Positions 1 to 9,071 are shown, counted from the stretch's first letter. The stretch is DNA of 64,000 nucleotides from an uncultured delta proteobacterium (GCA_963743525.1 CAVUQH010000005.1:1-64000); one strand, 5' to 3'. Made by a program: numbers and translations. The notes: generated by a model not told the origin, from the sequence alone.

Positions 1-99
1 CGACACCCAAAAGCGGCCAGTGATCGACAGCTGAAAACCGGCCAGTAGGCGGGGCGAGACATTGACACCGAGCGCAGGGGCGAAGCCCCCTGCGCGGAA

Positions 100-1704
100 A
101 TGGCCAATGTCTTGAGTGAGCAGAAGCGGCATGAGGTTCTTGCACTGGGGCGGCTGGGCTGGTCGCTGCGAAAAATCGAAGAGGCGACGGGAGTTCGCCG
201 CGAAACGGCCAGTAACTACCTGAAGTCGGCCGGGATAGTGGTGCGCGCGCCGCGCAAGCGCCGGCTCTCAAAACCGGCCAGTGAGACGTCCACCGACTCG
301 GCAAAACCGGCCAGTGAGGTGTCGGCCGACTCGGCAAAACCGGCCAGTGAGGCGTCCACCGACTCGGCCGAGCTCGAACGGCAATCACCGACGGTGTCGC
401 CGTCGGCAAGCGTGTGCGAACCACACCGCGAGTTGATCGAGCAGGCGGTGTCGCTGGGCCGCAACGCGAAGGCGATCTGGCAGGACTTGGTCGACGACTA
501 CGGCTTCGAGGCCGGCTACTCGAGCGTGCGGCGATTCGTGCGCAAACTGCGCCGAACCAGCGGCGGCGATGCCCACCCGGTGATCACGACGCTGCCGGGC
601 GAGGAGTGCCAGGTTGACTACGGCGAGGGGCCGATGGTCCGCTACCCGGACACGGGCAAGTACCGCCGGACGCGCCTGTTCGTGCTCACGCTCGGCTGTA
701 GCCGCAAGTCGATCTGGCTGCTGACCTTCGGCTCGAGCTCGCGCATCTGGGCCGAGCTTCATGAGCGTGCGTTTCGCCGGCTCGGCGGCGCGACGCGCGT
801 CGTCGTGCTGGACAATCTCAAGGAAGGCGTGCTGAAGGCCGAGTACTTCGACCCGACGCTGAATCCGCTGTATCGCGATGTGCTCGCGCACTACGGCGCG
901 ACAGCGCTGCCGGCGCGCGTCCGCGATCCAAACCGCAAGGGCAAGGTCGAGTCGGCGGTCAAAGCCGGCCAGGACAAGATGCGCGGCCTGCGCTTCGAGA
1001 CGCTCGATGCGGCGCAGGTGTACCTCGATCGGTGGGAGGCAAACTGGGCCGACACGCGCATCCACGGCACGACCAAGCGGCAGGTCGCCGCGATGTTTGC
1101 CGACGAGAAACCATCGCTGTTGCCACTGCCGGTCGAGTCCTTCGCGTACTACGAGTACGGCAAGCGCACCGTGCATCTGGACGGCTGTGTCGAAGTGGCC
1201 CGTGCGTTTTACGGCACGCCGCCCGGGTGGATCGGTCGCGAGGTGCACGTGCAGTGGGACACGCGGCGCGTGCGTATTCTCGATCCGCGCACGTCGGACC
1301 TCTTGCGCGAGCACATGCGCGAGCGCCCCGGCCGTCATCGCATCGACCCGCGCGACCGGTCGAAGAAGGCGCCGCCGGGACTGGCCAAACTCCGCGAGCG
1401 CGCCCGCGTGATCGGGCGCGCCGTCGAGACCGTGTGCGGCGAGATCTGGCGCAACGACGGCGCGACGCCGGGCATCCGTCGCATCCAGGGCACGCTCGGC
1501 CTCGCGAAAAAGTACGGACACGCGCAGCTCGAAGCCGCATGCGCGTTTGCCCTGGAGACCGGCGCGCCGTCGTACCGGTTTGTCCGCAGCTACCTCGAGC
1601 ACGCGCCCGGGCCGTCGCTGTCGCTGCGACAAGTCGATCCACTGATCCGCGAGCTCACCCAATACCAACAGCTGCTCGAGCAGCGAACCCAAGGAGACTC
1701 ATGA
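100..1704 (+). CDS. istA: IS21 transposase IstA (DDE/rve core)
   Basis: N-terminal HTH; PGEECQVDYG, VVLDNLKEGV and RKGKVESAV motifs; C-terminal Mu-like beta region. Confidence 0.95.
   Translation: MANVLSEQKRHEVLALGRLGWSLRKIEEATGVRRETASNYLKSAGIVVRAPRKRRLSKPASETSTDSAKPASEVSADSAKPASEASTDSAELERQSPTVSPSASVCEPHRELIEQAVSLGRNAKAIWQDLVDDYGFEAGYSSVRRFVRKLRRTSGGDAHPVITTLPGEECQVDYGEGPMVRYPDTGKYRRTRLFVLTLGCSRKSIWLLTFGSSSRIWAELHERAFRRLGGATRVVVLDNLKEGVLKAEYFDPTLNPLYRDVLAHYGATALPARVRDPNRKGKVESAVKAGQDKMRGLRFETLDAAQVYLDRWEANWADTRIHGTTKRQVAAMFADEKPSLLPLPVESFAYYEYGKRTVHLDGCVEVARAFYGTPPGWIGREVHVQWDTRRVRILDPRTSDLLREHMRERPGRHRIDPRDRSKKAPPGLAKLRERARVIGRAVETVCGEIWRNDGATPGIRRIQGTLGLAKKYGHAQLEAACAFALETGAPSYRFVRSYLEHAPGPSLSLRQVDPLIRELTQYQQLLEQRTQGDS
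269..367 (+). repeat. 3 x 33-bp tandem repeat inside istA (KPASExSxDSA)
   Basis: CAAAACCGGCCAGTGAG..GTC..CCGACTCGG at 269, 302 and 335. Confidence 0.95.
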
Positions 1705-2459
1705 ACCCGATCGAACTCGACCGCTCACTGCGCAAGCTGCGCCTGTCCGGCATGGCCGACACCCTCGACGCGCGGCTGCGCCAGGCGCAGACCGAGAGCT
1801 GGCCCGGCATCGACGTCGTCGGCGCGCTGGTGCAGGACGAGCTCGTGCGCCGGCACGATCGACTGATCCAGCGGCGCATCAAGCAAGCCGCATTTCGCGA
1901 ACCCGGCCGGACTCTCGACAACTACGATTTCGACTTCAACAAGAAGATGGACCGCAAGCTCGTCTTCGACCTCGCCACCGCCCGCTTCGTCAACGCGCGA
2001 GAAGACGTCCTGTTTCACGGGCCGCCCGGCACCGGCAAGAGCCACCTGGCTCAGGCCATCGGGCTGGCGGCGATCCACCAGGGGCACAAGGTGATCTACC
2101 GCGAAGCGCACATCCTCATCGAGCACCTGGCCGAGGCCACCCTCGAAGGGCTGCGCAAACACGCCATGGCCACGCTCGCGTCCGTGCCGCTGCTGATCAT
2201 TGACGACGTCGGCATGCGCAAGCTGCCGCCGACTGCCGCCGAAGACCTGCTCGAGGTCATCATGCGTCGCTACGAGCGCGGCAGCACCCTGCTCACCTCC
2301 AACCGTCCGCTAGACGATTGGGGCAAGCTCCTCGGCGACGCTGCCGCCGTCACCGCCATGCTCGACCGCATCCTGCACCGCGCACACCTGCTCAAGACCG
2401 GACCGCGCAGCTACCGAATGAACGCCGCGAACTTGCCCAAGGCGCAGCCCGCGCGCTAA
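1701..2459 (+). CDS. istB: IS21 helper AAA+ ATPase IstB
   Basis: ATG overlaps the istA stop (ATGA) after GGAG; Walker A GPPGTGKS, Walker B LLIIDDVG, LTSN, AMLDRILH, GPRSYR. Confidence 0.95.
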   Translation: MNPIELDRSLRKLRLSGMADTLDARLRQAQTESWPGIDVVGALVQDELVRRHDRLIQRRIKQAAFREPGRTLDNYDFDFNKKMDRKLVFDLATARFVNAREDVLFHGPPGTGKSHLAQAIGLAAIHQGHKVIYREAHILIEHLAEATLEGLRKHAMATLASVPLLIIDDVGMRKLPPTAAEDLLEVIMRRYERGSTLLTSNRPLDDWGKLLGDAAAVTAMLDRILHRAHLLKTGPRSYRMNAANLPKAQPAR

Positions 2460-2747
2460 CCCATCACCGACGACGTCTCGCCTCCGCCAACTGGCCGGTT
2501 TTGACGTGTCCACAACTGGCCGCTTTTCGGGTGTCGCTTGAGGGTTCGCGGCAAGTGGGTGCAAGACCTCCGCTCCGTTCTTAACGCGAAAGACCTCCGC
2601 CGGTCTCCGGCGCGGTTTGCACGCCCCGTGCAAATCAGGTGGCCGGCTCTTCCGGCGCTACGGAGCTCAACTCCCCCTCGATCAGACTTTCGCACTGGGC
2701 CTTACGTTCGAGCACCCGCCTTCCGGGTAGGCGACGTCAAGGGGAAC

Positions 2748-3446
2748 CACGCCACCGGCGAACCGGTGTGGATGGGCGAAGGTCGCTCCAGAGCGTCTCT
2801 AGGCCGTTTTTTCGACCAGCTCAGCCCCGCGCAGGCCGACAAGATCCAGGTGGTCTCGATGGACATGTGCGCGGCCTACCACGAGGAGTTCCGCGCGCGC
2901 GTGCCCGAGGCCAAGATTTGCTTCGACCCGCTTCACGTGGTCAAGCTTGGCGAACGAGGCCTGCTCGGAGGTGCGCCGCACCGAGGCGCGCGTGCAGCAA
3001 GGGCACGCCGCACGCGGCCGTGCTCAAGGGCTCACGCTGGACGCTTCTGCGCGCGCCGGAGAACCTGCGCGACTTCGAGCACGTGCGCCTGGCCAACGTC
3101 GCCAAGCTCAACAAGCGCGTCTACCGCGGCTACCTGCTCAAAGGAAGAACTGCGGGCGCTCTACAGCTGCTCGAAGCGAACCGCCGAGCGTCACCTCCGG
3201 GACTGGCTGGCGTGGGCGGGACGGTCCCGGCTCGAGCCATTCAAGAAGCTGAAGCGCACCCTGCTTCGCTACGCCGATGCCGTGGTCAACGCCATTGTGC
3301 TGGGCGCCAACAACGGCCGGCTCGAAGGCCTGAACACCCGCGTCGCTGTCGTGCGACGCCGGGCCTACGGCTTCCACTCCTCGACGGCCTTCATGGCCAT
3401 GATCCGGCTCTGCTGCACCAAGCTGCCACTCGTGCTCCCGATCTGA
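2748..3446 (+). pseudogene. ISL3-family transposase, N-terminal part missing; two +1 frameshifts (~2948, ~3141)
   Basis: HATGEPVW, VSMDM, FDPLHVVKL, YLLKEELR and NGRLEGLNTR...RRAYGF motifs spread over three frames. Confidence 0.88.
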
Positions 3447-3512
3447 GGCCCCGGTGTCAGTCGCTATGCCCGCCACCTGCACCCGGCGGCTCCTCGGAGA
3501 CCCACTCGAAGT

Positions 3513-3542
3513 GATGAAGAGCCAGAAATCTGGCTCTTCATC
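3513..3542. repeat. ISL3 right end abutting an inverted ISL3-end-like sequence with an 8-bp spacer
   Basis: GATGAAGAGCC-agaaatct-GGCTCTTCATC; GGCTCTT is the typical ISL3 terminus. Confidence 0.8.
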
Positions 3543-3691
3543 GCGAGGCCCGGACGCAACTCCGTACCTAGGTAGGGTGCGGCCGCCGGCCATGCGGAAC
3601 GAAAATTCGACGAAGGAGGAAACTTCCTGACGCCTCGTTCCGATAAGGGGGTAGCGGCTCAGGGCCGCTGCATATTAAGCAAGGAACCCTG

Positions 3692-6600
3692 TTGTCCAAC
3701 CGTTGGAGATTTGGCCGTGAAGGCGAAGATTGGGACGCCGATGTCGTCCCAAAGAAGCCAGGCCTCAGTCCCGGCAAGCGTCCTCGGCTGTTCCGCGCCT
3801 ACGGGGTGGTGCCCACAGCCAGACCAACAGACGCACTGGGTGCACTTCAATACAAGTTGGCGCCTCGGCGGGCCGATGCTGCCGCGCAGGGGCAAGGGAC
3901 AAAGGCGCGAGGAGCCGCGTCGGACAACGAGGCGACTGACCCAAACGCCAGCGTGCCTGCCGTCTCATTTGCACCGGGTACGTCCGACCCGCGGCAACTT
4001 GCTGCCGAGGGCACAAGTGGCGAGGGCGGTGCGCTGCCACATGCCGAGCAAATCCAGAAGGCGTTTGGCGCTCGCGAAATTAGCGATGTCGAGGCACATG
4101 TGGGCGGGGATGCCGCCGTGGCGTCCGAGAAACTTGGTGCATCTGCCTACGCCATGGGCAACAAGGTTGCCTTCGCGGAGTCGCCTGACCTTCACACCGC
4201 GGCTCACGAGGCGGCTCACGTCGTCCAGCAACAACAGGGTATTCAGCTCAAAGGTGGTGTCGGTCAAGCTGATGACGCCTACGAGCAGCAAGCGGATGCC
4301 GCGGCCGACGCGGTGGTGCGGGGACAGTCGGCGGAGGGGATCCTCGGCGAAGCGGGATCCAGTGCGCCTGGTGCGCCCGGGGTACAGCGGCAGGAGCGGA
4401 AGAGACCGTTGGCGTCCGGGGTCGTCGCGCCAGGACTCCTCCAAGCCGAGAAACAGCTCCCACGTGTGCCTCAGCTCTTTGCCACCGCGATCGGTACAGA
4501 TCTTCCGGCCTGGACACATGCGATCGACATAGTCGATCCGATTGCAGCACGTGCAGCACTCAATGCTGTCGTAGGCCACGCGCGAGAGATGCGCACCGCT
4601 ACAGAAGCCGCAGAGCTCCATGTCACCGCCGATGGTGGGCTACTGCCGGGGCAACAACGTGAGCAGGACGCGCTGCTGAAGAAGCTGAGCGACGCGCAAC
4701 AGACAGTTGCCGGGCTGGGCACTATTGTTCTGCCAAAGGTTGCGCCAACAGCGTTCCGCGGTGAATGGGTCGGGGGCCAGGCCCCGACGATGCCTGCCGA
4801 TGCTCAGGTAGACAGGGCCATCGCGGATTCAGGTGGCCGGACGGTTCGGGTGCTTCAGGCCGCGGAGGCGATCAACGCGATTCTCGGTGACGGGGCGAAG
4901 GGAGCAAACCCGGATCAGTTTGCGGCCGCATTCCGGAATTGCGAGCCGGATGGCGTCCGGCCGGGATGAAGAAGCACTGCTTCGCGCCATCTTGACCTCA
5001 AGGGGACAGACAGGAGCGTTGGCGCAACACCCCGACAAGTCGGGCATCGACGTGCATGTCGCGTTCGACGTTGGCCGGGCTGTCCTCGGGCCGGCGGTGG
5101 GCATGGCCGCAGCGAGCTGGTACCAACAGAACGTCCAGCAGATCGCGCACGATATCAAGAAGTCGGTGGAGATGAGCGACTACTACGCTCCCCTCGTCTT
5201 CGGCCGACTGTGGAAGGACGTTCAGGAGCACTGGGAAAGCATCGTCGGAATGATTCTGGCGTTCGCCTCCTTTGAGGCTGGGGCGGCACTCTTGATCGCG
5301 ACGCCGTATCCCGCTGCCAGAGTCATTGGCCTGGCAATTCAGTACGCACTGCTTGCGTACTTCATTCAAGCCTCAGCGCTGGACATCGTCCAGGCGACAG
5401 CAGAAACCGTTCATTGGCTGTTGTTGTGTCGCGAGGCGAACGGAAAACCGAAGGAGCTGGCCGAGGCCTCGAAGGCCTTCTGTCGAGTGCTGGTTCACCT
5501 GATAACAGCCCTTCTCAACCTCGCCCTGGCGAAGGGGCTCGGCGGGTTAACCGGACTGGTATCCCGCAAATTGCTGGAGACGGCGGGTGGGCCGAAGGCA
5601 GACGTCGTTGGGGAACCGGCGAGTTGGAAGCGCGGCGCGGGCGAGCGCGAAAACGCGAAGGGCGACGCACTGGGCAACGGTGGCGGCACACCGGCCGAGC
5701 CGGCACCCAGAGGCGAATCCGCGCAGACAACGCCGGCGGGGAAGGCGGGAGAAGCATCAACCGAATCGGTTGAGCCCCGCGGTGGTGGCCGAAAGGCGCA
5801 TGAGGCCCTTCGCGAGCAGCACAGCATAGTTGCCTATGTTCGATCAGTCGCTGACGGCGAGCGGCTCCTCCGCCGACTTGCAGCGGGCGACGAGGCCGCG
5901 GTCGCGGAGCTCGGAATTGATCTCAAGGGCGCCAAGAGCAGTGATCTTGAATGGGCTCTCGGGAAACAATGGGATGGCAAGGTCGTCGTGGTCGCTGGCG
6001 CGAGACAGCACGTGGACTGGGGGAAGTTGCCTCATATCGAGCCCGTTGCGCACTCACACCCGGCCACACCAGAGAACCGCCTGGTCGGCAAGGAGGGTAC
6101 CGGCCTAGTGTCACTCGATGAGGTACTGACGGATCGGAGCCTCCGCGCCGACCGACTCCACCTTTTGCCGTCGCCAGGCGACCTGGCATTTCTATCGGCG
6201 CGCGGGATTCAGGACCATCGAGTGGTCACTCCTTTCCGTTACCGTGGCGAAGGAAAACTGGGCAATGCAACGATCGGCGATGCGGCGCCGGTGGTCGAGT
6301 TCGTGGTGAGCAAGCCCAGCTACGAAGGACGCTGGTCCCTCAACCCAAACTTCGCGGTGTACAAGGCCGAAATCGTGCCGATGGCCGACGGCAAACCGAT
6401 CGGCGAGACGTTCACTGTGCACGGACTGGATGCTGGCAACTTCTCGGCCATGCGGCGAGGCGAAATCCCAGTGGCCAAGAATGATGGACGCGGGCCGCCG
6501 CTCCCACGGGTGACTACGGAAGCAGGACGCGACGGAAAGCTAACCAAGCCGTCTGGTGATCCTAGTGAAATCGCCGAGCCCCGTGGGCCACGGACCAAAA

Positions 6601-6977
6601 TCGATGCGAACGATGACCCTGCCACACGGCGCGGTCTCGAGCGGGAGAACGAAACAGCGGTCGCCCTCGCCAAGGCAGGCTACGATGTCGAGCAGAACCC
6701 GAACGTCGAAGGCAAACGCAACCCCGATCTCAGGATCGAAGGCAAAGTCTTCGACGTCTATAGTCCAGACTATGGTACTCGTCTCAGGAACATCTTCTCT
6801 ACGGTGCGCGACAAGGTCGTCGACGAACAAGCGCGCCGCATTGTGATCAATCTGGACGACAGTCGAGCCCGTCGCCCGCGGCTTCAGGACGAATTCCGCA
6901 GGCGCAAAGGCGAGGTTCCCACTCTCGAAGAGGTATTGGTGGTCAAGAACGGCTCGGTGTTCCGCATCTATCCGTGA
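3692..6977 (+). CDS. Polymorphic toxin: DUF4157 (eCIS core) + hydrophobic segment + JAB/MPN-like domain + CdiA-C-type tRNase; split by one +1 frameshift at ~4933
   Basis: ORF 3692-4969 has [38 protein letters not shown] to 6977 has LEWAL..AHSHP..LPSPGD and [41 protein letters not shown]. Removing one C in GCATTCCGGAATT joins them (..AAFGIASRM..). Confidence 0.82.
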
Positions 6978-6986
6978 GAGGACGCG

Positions 6987-7484
6987 ATGGCGCTTACGCT
7001 CGATATCAAGGCGAGAACCCCCGCCAACAGCTTGCTGATGGCCGTCCGTGCGGCAATCCCGACGGCGCGCGAGGAGCCGAGAACGCTGGAGGCAGCGCAC
7101 ACGCTGTCGGGGGAGCACGTGTGGATCAGAATCGGCGCCCGCCAGGGGACAATTTCGACACCCTCCGGCGAGCTCGCGTTCGACTCGTATTGTCACATCC
7201 GCCTCGACAAATTCGCACGGACCGAGGCAACGGCGGAGGCCCTGCGATGCGTCCAGTCGATCCTCGATCACACTGAGGCCGATCTGGTGCTCGTTCAGTT
7301 GTCCGATATTCCCCTGTTGACGCGCCGGGATGGCGTTGCGCGCGCTTTTCGCTACCGCAATGAGGGCAGCTTCTGGGACTTTCACGCTTTGCCGCGAACC
7401 GGCGAATCTCCGATTCCGCTGGTGACTATCGACCGACCGATCGAGGACGAAGACGAGGACGAAGACGACGGTGTAGCTCCATGA
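6987..7484 (+). CDS. Putative cognate immunity protein, SitI3-like
   Basis: Starts 9 bp after the toxin stop with a GAGG RBS; MAL..., RLDKF, DLVLV..LLTRRDG..FW pattern recalls the SitI3 family; acidic tail. Confidence 0.65.
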   Translation: MALTLDIKARTPANSLLMAVRAAIPTAREEPRTLEAAHTLSGEHVWIRIGARQGTISTPSGELAFDSYCHIRLDKFARTEATAEALRCVQSILDHTEADLVLVQLSDIPLLTRRDGVARAFRYRNEGSFWDFHALPRTGESPIPLVTIDRPIEDEDEDEDDGVAP

Positions 7485-8278
7485 TGGAAGCACACGATAT
7501 GGTGGGGCTGGTTGTCGGCCATCGGTACCGCGTCGATGCTCCGTTGGCGGGAGGTCCAACGTCGGGCCGGTTCCGCGGCACCGCCATCGGTGGCGACTTT
7601 GAGGGACGCGAGGTTCTGATCACGACAGCAGTACGCCCCGAGGCTCTCGACGTGGTCGGATCGGATTCCTTCCAACTCGCAAACATTGTGGGGGTTGCGC
7701 CGCTCCTCGAAGCGTTCGTCGTCAACACGATGATTCCCCACCTCACTGCCATGGCCGAGCTCGAGCCGGATGGTGGACCGATAGCGAGCGCCGCCGTGCC
7801 CTTCGACGAGGATCGCGCTTTCTCGATTGGGGGCCAGCTCTGTGACTTGGCGCAGCGCGCCGCGGACATGGGGCACGTCCTCGGCGGGATCAGACCAGAG
7901 CTGGTCTATTGTGATGACGCGGCGCGGGTAACCGGCGTCGTGCCGCGGGCGTACAATTTCAACGCCGCCGGTGCGCCGGTGTCATACTGGATCGGGCCGC
8001 CATTCACTACGTGCTATGAGCCGCCGGAGCTGTGCTGGGGCGAGCCGGTAGCCGGAACCGACGTGTACATGATTGCGGCGACGGTCCAGTTCCTGCTCAC
8101 TGCGGCGCCTCCGTTTGCGGGACGGGACTGGGTCTGCCAGCGCGACGCCACCTTGGAAGACGAGCCGCAATCGGTTGAGTGCGCGCCTGGAGTCGCTGCG
8201 CTCATGCGGGCGGCCCTGTCATTCCAGCCCAACGAGCGTCCAACGCTTCGCGAGCTCGCGGCCGCCTGGTCGGGCTGA
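7481..8278 (+). CDS. Degenerate Ser/Thr kinase-fold protein (pseudokinase)
   Basis: GHVLGGIRPELVY (catalytic loop without HRD), YEPPEL, TDVY, LLTAAPPF, PNERPT; ATGA-coupled to the upstream gene. Confidence 0.65.
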   Translation: MMEAHDMVGLVVGHRYRVDAPLAGGPTSGRFRGTAIGGDFEGREVLITTAVRPEALDVVGSDSFQLANIVGVAPLLEAFVVNTMIPHLTAMAELEPDGGPIASAAVPFDEDRAFSIGGQLCDLAQRAADMGHVLGGIRPELVYCDDAARVTGVVPRAYNFNAAGAPVSYWIGPPFTTCYEPPELCWGEPVAGTDVYMIAATVQFLLTAAPPFAGRDWVCQRDATLEDEPQSVECAPGVAALMRAALSFQPNERPTLRELAAAWSG

Positions 8279-8329
8279 CCAGAACAAGTGTCTCCGCATT
8301 GCGGAGACAGTTGGGGTTTTGCGGAACCC

Positions 8330-8775
8330 GCAACAACATGTTGTCCCGTCTCGGCGAGGTGCTGCGCTATGCGACCGAGTGCAAGGTGATCGATCGGATC
8401 CCGCGCATTCGGTTCGTGCGGACGACGGAATCGGCGTTCGACTTTCTCGAGTTCGAGGAGTGCGGGCGGACTGATCAGCGCGGCGAGTGAGGACGTCGAG
8501 AGTTATCCGGTGATCCTTCTGGTGCCGGCGATGCAGGGTTGCGGGTTGGGGAGCTTCGGGCGCTCGAATGGGCCGACCTCGAGCTCATGCCCGGGTGCAT
8601 CATGGTGCAGCGGATGGAATACCCGCGGGTATGTGCGTGGGGCCGGTGCGGACCATTCAGGAGCTGGCCCGGCACGCGTCGATCACGACGACGATGCGGT
8701 ACATGCACCTGACGCAGTCGGCCGCGGACGAGGCGATCCGGCTGCTGGATCAGCAGCCGTCGCCACAATCTCCGT
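8330..8775 (+). pseudogene. Phage-type tyrosine integrase remnant
   Basis: Fragments in different frames: NNMLSRL..LRYA..FDFLEFEE; GDAGLRVGELRALEWADL; VRTIQELARHASITTTMRYMHL. The HxLRH box is deleted. Confidence 0.85.
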
Positions 8776-8794
8776 GGCAACAGCGTGGCAACAG
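8773..8794 (+). repeat. 2 x 11-bp direct repeat; candidate integrase arm-type sites of the att junction
   Basis: CGTGGCAACAG CGTGGCAACAG between the integrase remnant and the tRNA 3' end. Confidence 0.6.
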
Positions 8795-8839
8795 GCCACG
8801 CTGCCGCGGAGAAAGCCTAGTTATCTAGGCGCGTTCTAG

Positions 8840-8936
8840 CGGAAGTGCACGGGAATCGAACCCGCCGTACCGTCGCTCGCGCGAAGCACCATCGGCTTTG
8901 AAGGCCGAGCCCGGCACCAGTCCAGGAAGCACTTCC
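8840..8936 (-). tRNA. selC: tRNA-Sec (anticodon TCA)
   Basis: 8-bp acceptor GGAAGTGC/GCACTTCC, discriminator G, anticodon loop CTTCAAA, long variable arm, T arm GCGGG-TTCGATT-CCCGT; 97 nt; CCA not encoded. Confidence 0.93.
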
Positions 8937-9071
8937 ACGGGGGACTATGCGGGGGACGGGGCCGGGGATCAAGAGGTGGAAGGGGTGAGGTTGGGCGGTC
9001 GGGTTTGGCTGCGGTCGGCGGGTGGGGGTGATGGGGCTGGCGGCGGGCGGGGGTGAAGCTATTCTCTGGCC

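Larger units (their letters stand above)
1..2543 (+). mobile_element. IS21-family insertion sequence (istA-istB); left tip cut by the window edge
   Basis: Terminal inverted repeats CGACACCC-AAAAGCGGCCAGT (1-21) vs ACTGGCCGCTTTTCGGGTGTCG (2515-2536), each with a second AAAACCGGCCAGT copy 25 bp inward (34-46; 2490-2502). They flank istA/istB. Exact right tip uncertain (2541-2543). Confidence 0.93.

Noticed and set aside
269..367. 33-bp repeats as a CRISPR array
   Set aside because: The units are contiguous with no unique spacers, lie in frame within istA, and no cas genes are present.
2645..2652. GGCTCTTC as the ISL3 left end
   Set aside because: Only 8 bp match the right end, and the flank (aggtggcc) does not duplicate agaaatct; cannot be fully excluded.
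2544..2747. Group II intron fragment
   Set aside because: No GUGYG at the boundary and no domain V/VI on either strand; kept only as an unassigned structured segment.
4960..4975. Selenocysteine readthrough of the DUF4157 ORF TGA
   Set aside because: The continuation is in a different frame; a single-base insertion upstream explains the break.
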